Positions 21,836-32,337 of a stretch of DNA of 64,000 bases are shown piece after piece. Numbering within the stretch: position 1 is the stretch's first letter; the number at the start of each line of letters is the position of its first letter. This stretch comes from Candidatus Eiseniibacteriota bacterium (GTDB lineage Bacteria > Eisenbacteria > RBG-16-71-46 > CAVPCR01). The notes under the pieces were generated by a model. The model had not been told where the DNA came from and made no database searches. It saw only the letters and a list, made by a program, of their open reading frames with translations. The stretch is from NCBI GenBank assembly GCA_963823555.1, contig CAWGMA010000001.1:640001-704000 (forward strand). The letters run 5' to 3'. A program made the position numbers and the translations under genes.

Positions 21836-22651
21836 CTAGCTCGTGACCTGGAACGTGAAACCGAGCTCGACCGGAACCCCGGCGGTGACGGTCACGGATT
21901 GCGTCTTCACCCCGAGCTGCTCGTGCCAGGCCTCGATCAGATACGAACCCGGCGGCAGGTCCGAGATCGTGAACGCCCCCCCGTCGCCGCTCACGGCGAA
22001 GAACGGGTGGGTCAGGACTCCAGCCCAGCATTCCATCCATGGGTGCACATCGCACTTGATGCGAACCATGATCTCCTCGCTCGTGAATGACTTTCTGACC
22101 TTCATGCCCTGATCCGGCAACCCGACATTGAAGGCTCGATTGGTCTGGGCGAGCGAGTGGACATTGTGCAGCGTGCCGTCGGAGTTCACGATCGTGAGTT
22201 CCTGGCCGACCATGATTCCGAAGACGTGCGGCCGATACTGGCAGCCGACCTGATCGAGGACCACGGGCTCAGCCGGCGGCGCGTACCGGACACCGTCGGG
22301 AAGGCCTTCCTTCACGTAGACGAAGACGTTGCGCAGGGTCCCGTCCGGATTGGTGACGAGGCCCTCCGCCATCGGGGCGGCGGCATGCTGGGTCTTGCAG
22401 TAGGGATCGGCCGCCATGTCGAGAGCATGACCGGCGGGGGCCGCGCCTTCGAGGCGCACCGTGCCGGTGATCGCGGTTCCCGATCCGGCCGCCGGGAGCG
22501 GAGTCGTCTCGGCGGTCACCGGGGCGGCCCCTTGATCCCGGTCGCCCGCGGCGCCCCCGGCTGCCGGGTGTTCCCCGCTGCCGCAACCGCCTCCCAGGAC
22601 CAAGCTCAAGGCCAATGATCCTAGGAGCCCTAGGGGCGACTTCGCTGGCAC
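21836..22651 (-). CDS. Lipoprotein with cupredoxin-like and carboxypeptidase-regulatory-like domains
   Basis: Lipobox-like GGGC; LDQVGCQYRPHV, NSDGTLHNVH, KCDVHPWM, LPPGSYLIEAWHE. Confidence 0.8.
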   Translation of the reverse strand: MPAKSPLGLLGSLALSLVLGGGCGSGEHPAAGGAAGDRDQGAAPVTAETTPLPAAGSGTAITGTVRLEGAAPAGHALDMAADPYCKTQHAAAPMAEGLVTNPDGTLRNVFVYVKEGLPDGVRYAPPAEPVVLDQVGCQYRPHVFGIMVGQELTIVNSDGTLHNVHSLAQTNRAFNVGLPDQGMKVRKSFTSEEIMVRIKCDVHPWMECWAGVLTHPFFAVSGDGGAFTISDLPPGSYLIEAWHEQLGVKTQSVTVTAGVPVELGFTFQVTS

Positions 22652-22949
22652 CAGGAGCTCTCCTCCGGTTGCGGGACTTGATCTCGGGATGAAATGTGGC
22701 GAGCAAGGGGATGACCAGGCGGTACGGGGCCTCTCCGAAGCCTCGGGGACCGACCGAACGAGGAAGGTTAGGCGAGGGGGCCCCTTCTTTCAATGGATTT
22801 CCCGGAGCCGCCGGCCTCGGCCCCAGAGCCCCCTGGATCCGGTGGCCGGATTCGCTCCTGATTCGCCTCGGCGGCGGCGGGGGATGCGGCGAGGCCGGGG
22901 ACCGCCTGGGCGCCGCCCCCCGGCCTCAGGTGCCGTCACCGAGCGCGGG

Positions 22950-24179
22950 CTAGTAGCGAATCTGCCACTGGGCCTTCACCGACCAGTCATCCGCCGTGTT
23001 CTCGCGCTCGTTGAAGATGTTGGTGAACTCGAGCTGCAACCGGTCCTTGTTGAGCTCGGGGTCGCCCAGGATGTGGAAGCCGACGGCTACCGCGAGCTCG
23101 GTCTGGGAGTTCTGGTCCGCATCCACATCGGGGTCGTAGTCGGCGAGCCGACCCCCGATCTCCCACCCCTTGAGGGCGCCTTCCCGGCGCCAGAGCATGT
23201 TGCCGGAGACCTGCATGCCGCGCTGGGTGTAGCCGGCATCGCCCGGCGTCGGCAGGGACGAGCCGTCGGCCAGGGCGTTGCCCACATCCCGGGCGAAGAC
23301 GCGGGTGTTGGTGCCCTGGAGCACCTCGCCCTCGACGATGAGGCGGCTCGTGGTGAACTGGCGGGTGAAGTTGCCATCAGCTCCCCATACCGAGGTCCAT
23401 TCGGTGTAGCCCGCCTCCTCGGGGAGCACGAAGCGGCTGGCGCCATAGCTGTAGATGCCGCCGCTCAGGATCGGATTGGCGAGATAGGATCCTGCGATCT
23501 CCACGCCGGGCAGGATCGCGTACTCGGCCCGCCCGCCGAACACCTTGCCATCGTTCAGATCGCGGAAGTCGAAGGGATTGTTCTTTCCTTCGCCATTCCA
23601 CACCCCCGCGTAGTACTCGAGGGGGATGTCGTGTCCGTAGAAATTCCCCTGCACCATGACGCCGACGTCACGGGCGATCCACAGGCTGCGCGAGAAGTTG
23701 GAGTTGACGACCGGACTGCGGTCGACGACGAGCTGGTCGCTCGAGGACCGCAGTTCCTCGCGGCTGATCGGCATCTTGAATTGACCGAGCAGGATCGCGA
23801 AGGCATCCGATTGCGTGTACTGCATGTAGGCATCTTCGAGCACCTGTCCGCCTTCGCCAGGCAGGACATCGGCGAAGAGTCGCGCGAATTCCTGTAGGGC
23901 AAGCTGGACACGGACACGGAAGTGCTCGTTCCAGTCTCCCGTGACGCGCAGGCGCAGGCGTCGGAGCCGGAAGTAGTTCTGATCGAAGGACCCGATCTGG
24001 CCGCGCTCCCCGATGTGATCGTATTGCCAGCGGACCTGGGCGAATCCCTCGATTCCGAGCTTCTTGTCGGCATAGCCGGCCGTGGCCTCGGCTCCTGCCA
24101 GCGCGACAGGGACCGCCACCCCGGATAATGCGGCGCAGGCGGCGATGGCGACGGCGGCCTTGGCCCATGAGCTACCCAT
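22950..24179 (-). CDS. Outer-membrane porin, OprO/OprP phosphate-selective-like
   Basis: Signal peptide; FRLRRLRLRVTG, DAYMQY, GQFKMPISRE, RDVGVMV, GVWNGEG; C-terminal aromatic; next to Pho genes. Confidence 0.8.
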   Translation of the reverse strand: MGSSWAKAAVAIAACAALSGVAVPVALAGAEATAGYADKKLGIEGFAQVRWQYDHIGERGQIGSFDQNYFRLRRLRLRVTGDWNEHFRVRVQLALQEFARLFADVLPGEGGQVLEDAYMQYTQSDAFAILLGQFKMPISREELRSSSDQLVVDRSPVVNSNFSRSLWIARDVGVMVQGNFYGHDIPLEYYAGVWNGEGKNNPFDFRDLNDGKVFGGRAEYAILPGVEIAGSYLANPILSGGIYSYGASRFVLPEEAGYTEWTSVWGADGNFTRQFTTSRLIVEGEVLQGTNTRVFARDVGNALADGSSLPTPGDAGYTQRGMQVSGNMLWRREGALKGWEIGGRLADYDPDVDADQNSQTELAVAVGFHILGDPELNKDRLQLEFTNIFNERENTADDWSVKAQWQIRY

Positions 24180-24420
24180 AACCCGATCTCCTTGTGGGTC
24201 TGCGAGCGACTTTGACACTGAGGCCTGAGCGACCGGCGGCGCGGGCCTCTGCCGGCCAGCGTGGAAAGCTACGGCCGGAATGTGGCGGTCAGGTCACACT
24301 CGCGGTACAAGTTGGCTGCGAGCGGGCTGGGCCGGGGCGGGGAAGCGGGCGAGGGAGAGGAGGGGACGGGGCTGTGCGGCTGGGAGCTGGCGACCGGGGC
24401 GGAGGAGTACCTCCAGGAGC

Positions 24421-24519
24421 AAAGAAAAAGCCCCCGCAGGCTCGACCCGTTGGCCGCAAACGGGCTGTCGCGCTACAGGGGCAAGATCAGTTTCGAGCAG
24501 CACAGCCGCTCAAATGACC
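24421..24519 (-). ncRNA. Candidate small RNA or attenuator with promoter and intrinsic terminator
   Basis: Minus strand: TTGCGG-N18-TATCAT (24555-24526), two stem-loops with G-U pairs, then TTTTTCTTT. Confidence 0.45.
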
Positions 24520-24674
24520 GACATCATGATAAGGTACCGCGTTACTCTGCCGCAAGCGATTTGTAGGGTCAGCCCCCGCGGCGGTGGGAGCGACTCTCGT
24601 TTCATGTAACTGCGGACAATATCTTGTGGGTAGCACGGGTGACCGGCGCGCCGCACACGCCGAGGTTGGGGGAA

Positions 24675-25352
24675 ATGGCGAAGGTCTTGATCATCGATGA
24701 CGAGCCGGACATCGTCGATCTGGTGAGCCATCACCTCAAGGCCAACGGTCACGAGCCGGTCGGTGCCGGGTCTGCAGCCGAGGGCCTTCGGCTCGCTCTC
24801 GATCGGCCGGATCTGATCATCCTCGATCTCATGCTCCCGGACATGGAGGGCACCGAGGTGCTGCGGGCGCTCAAGGCCGAGGAACGGACGCGGACGATCC
24901 CGGTCATCTTCCTCTCGGCGCGCTCGAGCGAGGTCGACCGTGTCGTCGGTTTCGAACTCGGCGGCGAGGACTACGTGGCCAAGCCGTTCAGTGCGCGCGA
25001 GCTCATGCTGCGCATTCGCGCCGTCCTGCGCCGGCGAAAGGAAGTGGAAGAGGAAACCGCGTTGCGCAGCGGTGCGGTCTTTCTCGATCCCGCGGGCCAC
25101 CGGGTCGAGGTCGACGGATCGCCGATCGACTTGACCGCCACCGAGTTCAAGCTGCTGGCCTACCTCATGAAGCGGTCGGGGCGCGTCCTCGATCGCGATC
25201 GCCTCCTCGACGCGGTGTGGGGCCAGGATGTCTATGTCACGCAACGGACCGTCGATACTCATGTCCAGCGCCTGCGGCAGAAGCTTGGCGCGTCGGGACA
25301 TCTGATCGAAACCGTCCGCGGTGTGGGATATCGGTTCAGCGATGAGCATTGA
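24675..25352 (+). CDS. phoB: OmpR/PhoB-family response regulator
   Basis: VLIIDDE, PDLIILDLMLP, DYVAKPFS, LTATEFKLL, RTVDTHVQRLRQKL, ETVRGVGY; upstream of phoR. Confidence 0.85.
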   Translation: MAKVLIIDDEPDIVDLVSHHLKANGHEPVGAGSAAEGLRLALDRPDLIILDLMLPDMEGTEVLRALKAEERTRTIPVIFLSARSSEVDRVVGFELGGEDYVAKPFSARELMLRIRAVLRRRKEVEEETALRSGAVFLDPAGHRVEVDGSPIDLTATEFKLLAYLMKRSGRVLDRDRLLDAVWGQDVYVTQRTVDTHVQRLRQKLGASGHLIETVRGVGYRFSDEH

Positions 25353-27228
25353 GCCGCGCCTGCCTGGAACCGAGGCGACCCAGGATTCGCCGGGCCTCAA
25401 GTTGCCGATCTCGATCCGCTTGGCCATGACGTACGTGCTCGTGGTCCTCGCGGTCGGGGCGCCCGCGGTTCTAGTCATCGATCGCAGCATCTCCGCCGGT
25501 CTCAACGAGCACCGTGACCGGGAGTTGCTCGCCCGCACGCGCTTGCTTGCGGACTACCTCGCGGGCGCCGAGGCCGCCGCCATGCTGGCCGCGGCGGCCG
25601 ATTCGGGGGGAACGGCCCGGGCCCGCGCCGTGGCTCAGCTCGATCCGCTCGCCGATCGCATGGCGCCTGTCTCCGGTGGGCGCGTCATTCTCTTTGCCCA
25701 TGACGGCCGGGTGGTGGGGGATTCCGACCTCGATCCCGGGGTGATCCTTGCGACTCGCGATCCAGTGACCCGCCCGGAGGTGTTGCTCGCGCTCACGCAG
25801 GGCGAGAGCCTCGAACTCCGCGGCCGCGGTCAGCTGGCCTTCGCTTATGCTGCCGTTGCCTTTCCGGCGGGAGAAGAAAGGGCGGTCGTGAGCCTGGTCG
25901 AGCCCCAATCCGAGGTGGACGCCCTGATTCGCGGCATCCGTCGCCGGATCCTGCTCGCCGCGGGCTCCGCGCTCGTGCTCGGGCTGCTCCTGAGTCTGGC
26001 GGTCGGCCGCGCCGTCTCGGCCCCGCTCCGCAACATGACGCATGTCGCCCAGCAGCTCGCCCGTGGGTCGCGCGCCGAACGGCTGCGCGTACGCCCTGGC
26101 GACGAGCTGGGGGATCTGGCCACGGCGCTCAACCGGCTGAGTGCGGATCGCGCCCGCACCGTGAGCGAGCTCGAGAGCGAGAAGGAGCAACTGCGCGGCG
26201 TGCTCGAGGGTATGGCGGAGGGGGTGCTCCTGGTGGGTGACGGCGGCCGTATTCTCCTGGCCAACGCCGCGGCGCGGGGCGCGCTGCCCCATGGCGAGGA
26301 GCTCGCGGGCCGCACCCCGCTCGAGGTGACTCGCTCTCCCGAGCTCGACCAGCTATTGAACTCGGTGCGCGCCAGCGGGGAGCCGGCCCGGGGGCAGGTC
26401 AGCCTCGGGGGTGGGGCGCGTGCTTTCGATGCGGGGGTCATCCCGCTGGCCGGGGCCGAGGGTGGACTGGTCGTCGTCCTGCATGACATCACCGATCTCA
26501 AGCGGCTGGAGACGGTGCGCCGCGAGTTCGTCGCCAATATCTCCCACGAGCTGCGTACGCCGCTCACGGCCATCCGCGGATTCATCGATACGCTGGCCGG
26601 CGACCCGCATCTCGAACCGGAGGAGCGCCACCGCTTCGTCGCCGCCGCGGCGCGCAATGCGGTCCGGCTCTCGAATCTGGTCGACGATCTTCTTACCCTG
26701 GCTCGGCTGGATAGCCCGGAGTTTCAGCTCGAGCTCGTGCCATGCCGGGTGGACGTCGCCGTCGAACATGTCCTCGAGCTGCACGAAGCGAAGGGCCGAG
26801 GAAAGCGGCTCGTCCTGAGCGCCGAGCTCGAGCCCGACCTGCCGCCGGCTCTGGCCGACCCGGCCGCTCTCGAGCAGATCCTCTCGAACCTCATCGACAA
26901 CGCGATCAAGTACAACCGCGAGGGCGGTACGGTGAAGGTGAGAGCGGTGCGCGCGGGGGATCAGGTGCGGGTGGCGGTGGAGGATTCGGGGATGGGCATC
27001 GCCTCCATCCATCTGCCTCGTATCTTCGAGCGGCTCTATCGCGTCGATCCCGGCCGCTCGCGGGCGGAGGGTGGAACCGGACTCGGACTCGCCATCGTCA
27101 AGCATCTCGTGCTCAAGCACGGGGGCGACGTCTGGGTGACGAGCGAGCCGGGGGTCGGTTCGACCTTCTGGTTCACGCTCCGGCTCGACCTGCCCCTTCG
27201 CCGTGCGGGCGAACCGCGCGTGACCTAG
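25342..27228 (+). CDS. phoR: PhoR-like sensor histidine kinase (HAMP-PAS-HisKA-HATPase)
   Basis: Two TM segments; [54 protein letters not shown]. Confidence 0.9.
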   Translation: MSIEPRLPGTEATQDSPGLKLPISIRLAMTYVLVVLAVGAPAVLVIDRSISAGLNEHRDRELLARTRLLADYLAGAEAAAMLAAAADSGGTARARAVAQLDPLADRMAPVSGGRVILFAHDGRVVGDSDLDPGVILATRDPVTRPEVLLALTQGESLELRGRGQLAFAYAAVAFPAGEERAVVSLVEPQSEVDALIRGIRRRILLAAGSALVLGLLLSLAVGRAVSAPLRNMTHVAQQLARGSRAERLRVRPGDELGDLATALNRLSADRARTVSELESEKEQLRGVLEGMAEGVLLVGDGGRILLANAAARGALPHGEELAGRTPLEVTRSPELDQLLNSVRASGEPARGQVSLGGGARAFDAGVIPLAGAEGGLVVVLHDITDLKRLETVRREFVANISHELRTPLTAIRGFIDTLAGDPHLEPEERHRFVAAAARNAVRLSNLVDDLLTLARLDSPEFQLELVPCRVDVAVEHVLELHEAKGRGKRLVLSAELEPDLPPALADPAALEQILSNLIDNAIKYNREGGTVKVRAVRAGDQVRVAVEDSGMGIASIHLPRIFERLYRVDPGRSRAEGGTGLGLAIVKHLVLKHGGDVWVTSEPGVGSTFWFTLRLDLPLRRAGEPRVT

Positions 27229-27911
27229 TCGGCAGGTGGGGGATCGAACCGGTAGCCGAAGCCGCGCACCGTCTGGATCATGTCACCGGCCGATCCGAGT
27301 TTTCCTCGCAGGTTGGCGATGTGCGCATCCACGGTGCGCGGGCCGATGTAGACATCGGTACCCCAGACCTCATCGAGGAGACGGTCGCGTTCGTGAACGC
27401 GACCCGGGTGAGCGGTGAAGAAGCGCAGGAGACGGAACTCGGTGGCGGTGAGGGTGATCTCGTGCCCATCGACCAGGACGCGGTGCTGGGCCCGGTCGAT
27501 GGTCAAGGGTCCGATGACCAGGGCCTTCTCGCCTTCGGTCTCGGCGCTGCGTGTGAGGACGGCGCGCACGCGGAGCACGAGCTCGCGCGGGCTGAACGGC
27601 TTGGGCACGTAGTCGACGGCGCCGAGCTCGAGCCCCAGGACGCGGTCCTCGGTCGAGCCGCGGGCGGAGAGAATGACCACGGGAACCGTGCTGAGGTGGC
27701 GGTCCCGGCCCATCATCTGCAGCAACTCGAGCCCCGACATGTCCGGGAGCATCAGATCCAGGATGACGAGATCGGGAGCGCCTCGCCTGAGCTCGGAGCG
27801 GGCTTGCTCTCCGGTCTCGGCCTGGAGGACGTTGAACCCGGCGCGACTCAGATGAAAGGCCACGAGCTCGAGAACATCGGGCTCGTCCTCGACGACGAGA
27901 ACGGATTTCAT
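27225..27911 (-). CDS. Second PhoB-like response regulator
   Basis: VLVVEDE, PDLVILDLMLP, DYVPKPFSPREL, LTATEFRLL, RTVDAHIANLRGKL. Confidence 0.9.
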   Translation of the reverse strand: MKSVLVVEDEPDVLELVAFHLSRAGFNVLQAETGEQARSELRRGAPDLVILDLMLPDMSGLELLQMMGRDRHLSTVPVVILSARGSTEDRVLGLELGAVDYVPKPFSPRELVLRVRAVLTRSAETEGEKALVIGPLTIDRAQHRVLVDGHEITLTATEFRLLRFFTAHPGRVHERDRLLDEVWGTDVYIGPRTVDAHIANLRGKLGSAGDMIQTVRGFGYRFDPPPAD

Positions 27912-28110
27912 GGCGGCCGTCGGACTGATGATCGGGGTGCGCAGAGCGCTGGCTTGAGCTTCCACAGGGGAATTATCGCCCCCAGCCCTCAACGCCGATG
28001 TCTAGGTTGTTCGAACTTCCTGTCACGAATGACGATTCTCCCTCAGCGGCCGCCCCGCCGTCCTAAGTGCTTGCCGGTGAAGGAGGAGACTCCTGGCAGC
28101 GACCGGCGAC

Positions 28111-28149
28111 ATCACGCAAACGTACCCGGCCCGTGACATGACTGTCACA
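28111..28149 (+). promoter_or_regulatory. Putative Pho boxes upstream of pstS
   Basis: Hexamers at exact 11-bp period: ATCACG 28111, GTACCC 28122, GTGACA 28133, GTCACA 28144. Confidence 0.55.
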
Positions 28150-28296
28150 CAGCTCGCCGATCATCATTGCCGTTCAGTGCAGTAATCCGCCGGGGAGCGG
28201 CCCTGTGGCCAGGCCGCTGTCCGCCACGCCGAGGAGTGCGCGTGTGCGGTGAGCCCCTCCAGTCGGCTCGGCGGCCACGCGGAGGTCAGATCCAAT

Positions 28297-29181
28297 ATGA
28301 TTCGTCAGGCCCTCATGCCGCTCGTTCTCGCGGGGCTCGTTGCCGCCGTTCCTGCTCACGCCGGGAACATCACCGTGAAGGGATCGGACACCATGGTGCT
28401 GCTCGCCCAGCGCTGGGCCGAGAAGTACATGGAGCAGCACAAGGACGTCACCATCCAGGTCACCGGCGGTGGGTCGGGGACCGGCATTGCCGCCCTTCTC
28501 AACAAGACGACCGATATCGCCAATGCAAGCCGCCCGATCAAGGCTGCCGAGAAGAAGAGCGGTCGGGAGTCCGGCATCGACATCGTCGAGACCAAGGTGG
28601 CGATGGATGCCCTGAGCGTCGTCGTCAACAAGGACAGTCCGATCAACGAGCTCACGATGAACCAGCTCAAGGCCATCTACACGGGCGCCATCAACAACTG
28701 GAAGGACCTGGGCGGTCCGAATCAGGCCATCGTGCGCTACAGCCGGGAGTCGAACAGCGGCACCTACGTCTTCTTCAAGGAGCATGTGCTTGGCAACCAG
28801 GACTATGCTGCGGATTGTCAGAACATGCCCGGCACGGCGGCGGTGACCACGGCAGTGGCCGCGGATCCCGCCGGGATCGGTTATGGCGGTGTTGCCTACT
28901 TCTTGACTCAGCCCAGCGTCCGGATCATCAATGTCAAGAAAGAGAAGGACGCGCCGGCCGTTTCTCCAGTCGCCGCTGATGGCAAGTCGCTCGACTTCAA
29001 GGTCGTGTACTCCGGCGAGTATCCGATCGCGCGTTACCTCTACTGCTACACGGCTGGCAAGCCGAAGGGCGCGCTCGCCGAGTACATGAGCTGGGTCCTG
29101 GGCACCGAGGGGCAGAAGGTCGCCGAGGAGCTCGGATACGTTCCGCTTCAATCCGCGACGACGGCCGGCGGGACGGACTGA
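28297..29181 (+). CDS. pstS: Phosphate ABC transporter substrate-binding protein (periplasmic)
   Basis: Signal peptide; ITVKGSDTM, GGGSGTGIAAL, RESNSGT, YPIARYLY. Confidence 0.95.
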   Translation: MIRQALMPLVLAGLVAAVPAHAGNITVKGSDTMVLLAQRWAEKYMEQHKDVTIQVTGGGSGTGIAALLNKTTDIANASRPIKAAEKKSGRESGIDIVETKVAMDALSVVVNKDSPINELTMNQLKAIYTGAINNWKDLGGPNQAIVRYSRESNSGTYVFFKEHVLGNQDYAADCQNMPGTAAVTTAVAADPAGIGYGGVAYFLTQPSVRIINVKKEKDAPAVSPVAADGKSLDFKVVYSGEYPIARYLYCYTAGKPKGALAEYMSWVLGTEGQKVAEELGYVPLQSATTAGGTD

Positions 29182-29207
29182 CGTTCGGGCGCAGCTCTGA
29201 ACCAGGC

Positions 29208-30356
29208 ATGGAACTGATGAGAACGGAGGAGACGGCGGTGCCCGAGGCTACCAGCGGCGAGGCCGGACCCACGTCTCCGGCCCCTGGAGGGCAAGGGGGT
29301 CCGCTCCGGCGGCCGGCATGGCCGGCCGCCGCTGCGCCCCCCGTTCTCGATGCTGGGCCATCTCCGGGAGTCCCGCGATCCTCACCACGATCCCTCGATC
29401 TGACCGTCAGGCACGGCCGCCGGATGCTGGAGCGAGTGATCGAGGGCATCCTGTTCCTGAACGGATCGGCCGCGATCCTGATCATCGCCCTCATCTTCAT
29501 CTTCCTGTTCCGAGAAGGCATCGTGGCCTTTCGGGACCTGCAGCCGATACAGTTCATCGGCGGGACCGAGATCAAGGCCAGCTACGATCCGGCAAGCGAT
29601 ACCTTCACCGAGGTCCGGGATTTCGCCACCGTGTGGCAGCCTGTTTCGGAGGAGCCCAAGTACTCGCTCATTCCGCTCATCAATGGCTCGCTCCTGGTTG
29701 CCTTGCCTGCGACGTTGATCTCGACCGTGATCGGGGTGCTGGTCGGGATCTACCTGGCCGAGCTGGCCCACCACCGGGTGCGTGAGATCGTCAAGCCGGC
29801 AATCGAGCTTCTGGCTGGGATCCCCACCGTGATCATCGGCTTCATCATGCTCACCGTGGTCGCCAGCCTCGTGCACGGCATCACCCACACCCACTTCCGT
29901 CTGAACGCGTTCATCGGGGCGCTCGGAGTCTCGCTCGTCATCATCCCGGTCGTGGCCTCGCTCACCGAAGATGCCTTGCGCGCCGTGCCCGAGCAGCTCC
30001 GCCTGGCGTCCTACGGTCTCGGCGCCACCCGCTGGCAGACCGTGTCGCGAGTGGTCGTTCCCGCCGCCATCTCGGGAATCACGGCGGCCACCATCCTCGG
30101 GTTCGGACGGGCTCTCGGGGAGACCATGATCGTGCTCATGGCCACCGGGAATGCCGCTCTCGTGACTGGCAACATCTTCTCGAGCGTACGCACCATGACC
30201 GCGACCATCGCCGCCGAGCTCGGCGCCGTGGCGCAGGGGAGCGAGCAGTATCATGCGCTCTTCTTCGTGGGTGCGGTCCTCTTCACGATCACTTTCCTCT
30301 TCAACCTGGTCTCCGAGATCATCGTGTCCCGGATGCGACGCCGGTTGCGGATGTGA
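29208..30356 (+). CDS. pstC: Phosphate ABC transporter permease PstC (start uncertain)
   Basis: KPAIELLAGIPTV, EDALRAVP, LGATRWQT, GRALGETM. Confidence 0.93.
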   Translation: MELMRTEETAVPEATSGEAGPTSPAPGGQGGPLRRPAWPAAAAPPVLDAGPSPGVPRSSPRSLDLTVRHGRRMLERVIEGILFLNGSAAILIIALIFIFLFREGIVAFRDLQPIQFIGGTEIKASYDPASDTFTEVRDFATVWQPVSEEPKYSLIPLINGSLLVALPATLISTVIGVLVGIYLAELAHHRVREIVKPAIELLAGIPTVIIGFIMLTVVASLVHGITHTHFRLNAFIGALGVSLVIIPVVASLTEDALRAVPEQLRLASYGLGATRWQTVSRVVVPAAISGITAATILGFGRALGETMIVLMATGNAALVTGNIFSSVRTMTATIAAELGAVAQGSEQYHALFFVGAVLFTITFLFNLVSEIIVSRMRRRLRM

Positions 30357-30366
30357 GGCGAGAGCG

Positions 30367-31413
30367 ATGACCGGTTCCGACCCTTCGACCACATCGGCGG
30401 CGGCCCTGGCCTTTCCCGCCCGGCCTCGCCCCGATCGCGTGGGTGAGCTGATGGCGAGTCTCTGTCGCGCCGCCACCGTGCTCGTCCTGTGCGTGCTCGT
30501 GCTCTTGGTCGGGCACATCGTGAGCCGCGGTTCCGGCGTCTTGAGCTGGGAGTTCCTGTCCCAGGCTCCAATCGAGGGCATGACCGAGGGCGGCATCTTC
30601 CCGGCCATTTTCGGCACCGTGGCGATCACCCTGCTCATGATCATCATGGCGCTGCCGCTCGGTGCTCTGGCCGGCATCTACCTCGTCGAGTATGCCGGGT
30701 CGAACCCCATGGCCCGCGTGATCCGTGCCGCCGTGAACAACCTGGCCGGCGTGCCCTCGATCGTGTTCGGTCTCTTCGGCGTCGGATTCTTCATTCTCTT
30801 CGTCGGGCGTCACATCGATGCCGCTCTTGGCCCCGGGGGGCGGGCGGCGGTCGAGCAGGTGATCGGGCAGCAAGGCAGAGCGGCGGCAAGCGGTCTCCTC
30901 TTCGGGCAACCCATCATGCTGTGGGCGGCGGCCACGCTGGCCTGCCTCGTGCTGCCGACCATCATCGTCACCACCGAGGAGGCGCTCACAGCGGTGCCGC
31001 AGAGCCATCGTGACGCGTCGCTTGCGCTCGGCGCCACTCGCTGGCAGACGATCTGGAGCGTGGTGCTACCCCAGGCCCGCGCGGGGATCCTGACCGGAGC
31101 CATTCTCTCGGTCAGTCGCGGCGCCGGGGAGACCGCACCGATCCTCTTCACGGGCTGCGCCTACTTCCTGCCGCGTCTGCCGGTTGCCGATCTGTTCGGG
31201 GTCATCCCCATGGTCAACCCGCTCGACCAGTTCATGGAGCTGAGTTACCACATCTTCATCATGGCCACCCAGTCCACGGACACCCGCCAGACGCTTCCGA
31301 TCCAGTACGGGACGACGCTCGTCCTGGTCGTCCTCACGTTCGTTCTGAATCTGGCGGGCATCGTGTCCCGCTACCTCTTCCGGCGGCGGATGACCACGCG
31401 CACCGCCATCTAG
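30367..31413 (+). CDS. pstA: Phosphate ABC transporter permease PstA
   Basis: GGIFPAIFGT, NLAGVPSIVFGLFG, RGAGETAPIL. Confidence 0.93.
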   Translation: MTGSDPSTTSAAALAFPARPRPDRVGELMASLCRAATVLVLCVLVLLVGHIVSRGSGVLSWEFLSQAPIEGMTEGGIFPAIFGTVAITLLMIIMALPLGALAGIYLVEYAGSNPMARVIRAAVNNLAGVPSIVFGLFGVGFFILFVGRHIDAALGPGGRAAVEQVIGQQGRAAASGLLFGQPIMLWAAATLACLVLPTIIVTTEEALTAVPQSHRDASLALGATRWQTIWSVVLPQARAGILTGAILSVSRGAGETAPILFTGCAYFLPRLPVADLFGVIPMVNPLDQFMELSYHIFIMATQSTDTRQTLPIQYGTTLVLVVLTFVLNLAGIVSRYLFRRRMTTRTAI

Positions 31414-31481
31414 CTAGAGCCGCAGTCCAGTAGAAAACAAGGGCCTGTTGCCGGCGCGGCAGCAGGCCGCCGGGATCGATC

Positions 31482-32312
31482 ATGCACGAGAATCGAAACG
31501 CGACCCTGGCGCCATCCGCTCAGGCGATGAGCGCCACCGGCCCGATGACGGCCGAGCAGCCGGTCAAGGTGGCCGTGCGTTCCCTCAACTTCTTCTATGG
31601 TCCGGCGCAGGTCTTGCACGACATCAGCATGGATGTGCCCGAGCACCAGGTGACGGCTCTCATCGGTCCCTCGGGGTGCGGCAAGTCGACCTTCCTGCGC
31701 TGCCTGAACCGGATGAACGATCTCATCCCGGGGACGCGGATCACGGGAGAGGTGAAGCTCTCGGGAGTGGAGATCTACGACCGCGGGATCGACCCGGTGG
31801 AGGTGCGGAAGCGGGTCGGCATGGTCTTCCAGAAGTCGAACCCGTTTCCCAAGTCGGTCTTCGAGAACGTCGCCTACGGGCTCCGCATCAATGGCATTCG
31901 CGACCGCGCCGTGATCGAGGAGCGGGTGGAGGAGAGCCTCCGCGATTCCGCCCTGTGGGAAGAGGTCAAGGATCGCCTGCACCAGTCGGCGCTCGAGCTC
32001 TCCGGCGGGCAGCAGCAGCGCCTCTGCATCGCCCGGGCCCTGGCCGTGAAACCGGAGCTGGTCCTCATGGACGAGCCGGCCTCGGCTCTCGATCCCCTTG
32101 CCACCACCAAGATCGAGGAGCTCATCAGCCAGCTAAAAAAGCACTATACGATCGTCATCGTCACCCATAATATGCAGCAGGCAGCCCGGGTCTCCGACAT
32201 CACCGCCTACTTCTACCTCGGAAAGGTGGTGGAGATGGGGCCGACCCAGCGCATTTTCACCAACCCTGAGCACCAGCACACCGAGGACTACATAACCGGC
32301 CGCTTCGGCTAG
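31482..32312 (+). CDS. pstB: Phosphate ABC transporter ATPase PstB
   Basis: [51 protein letters not shown]; all canonical. Confidence 0.96.
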   Translation: MHENRNATLAPSAQAMSATGPMTAEQPVKVAVRSLNFFYGPAQVLHDISMDVPEHQVTALIGPSGCGKSTFLRCLNRMNDLIPGTRITGEVKLSGVEIYDRGIDPVEVRKRVGMVFQKSNPFPKSVFENVAYGLRINGIRDRAVIEERVEESLRDSALWEEVKDRLHQSALELSGGQQQRLCIARALAVKPELVLMDEPASALDPLATTKIEELISQLKKHYTIVIVTHNMQQAARVSDITAYFYLGKVVEMGPTQRIFTNPEHQHTEDYITGRFG

Positions 32313-32337
32313 GTCGAAGCGGCCCCGAGCTCGAAAT

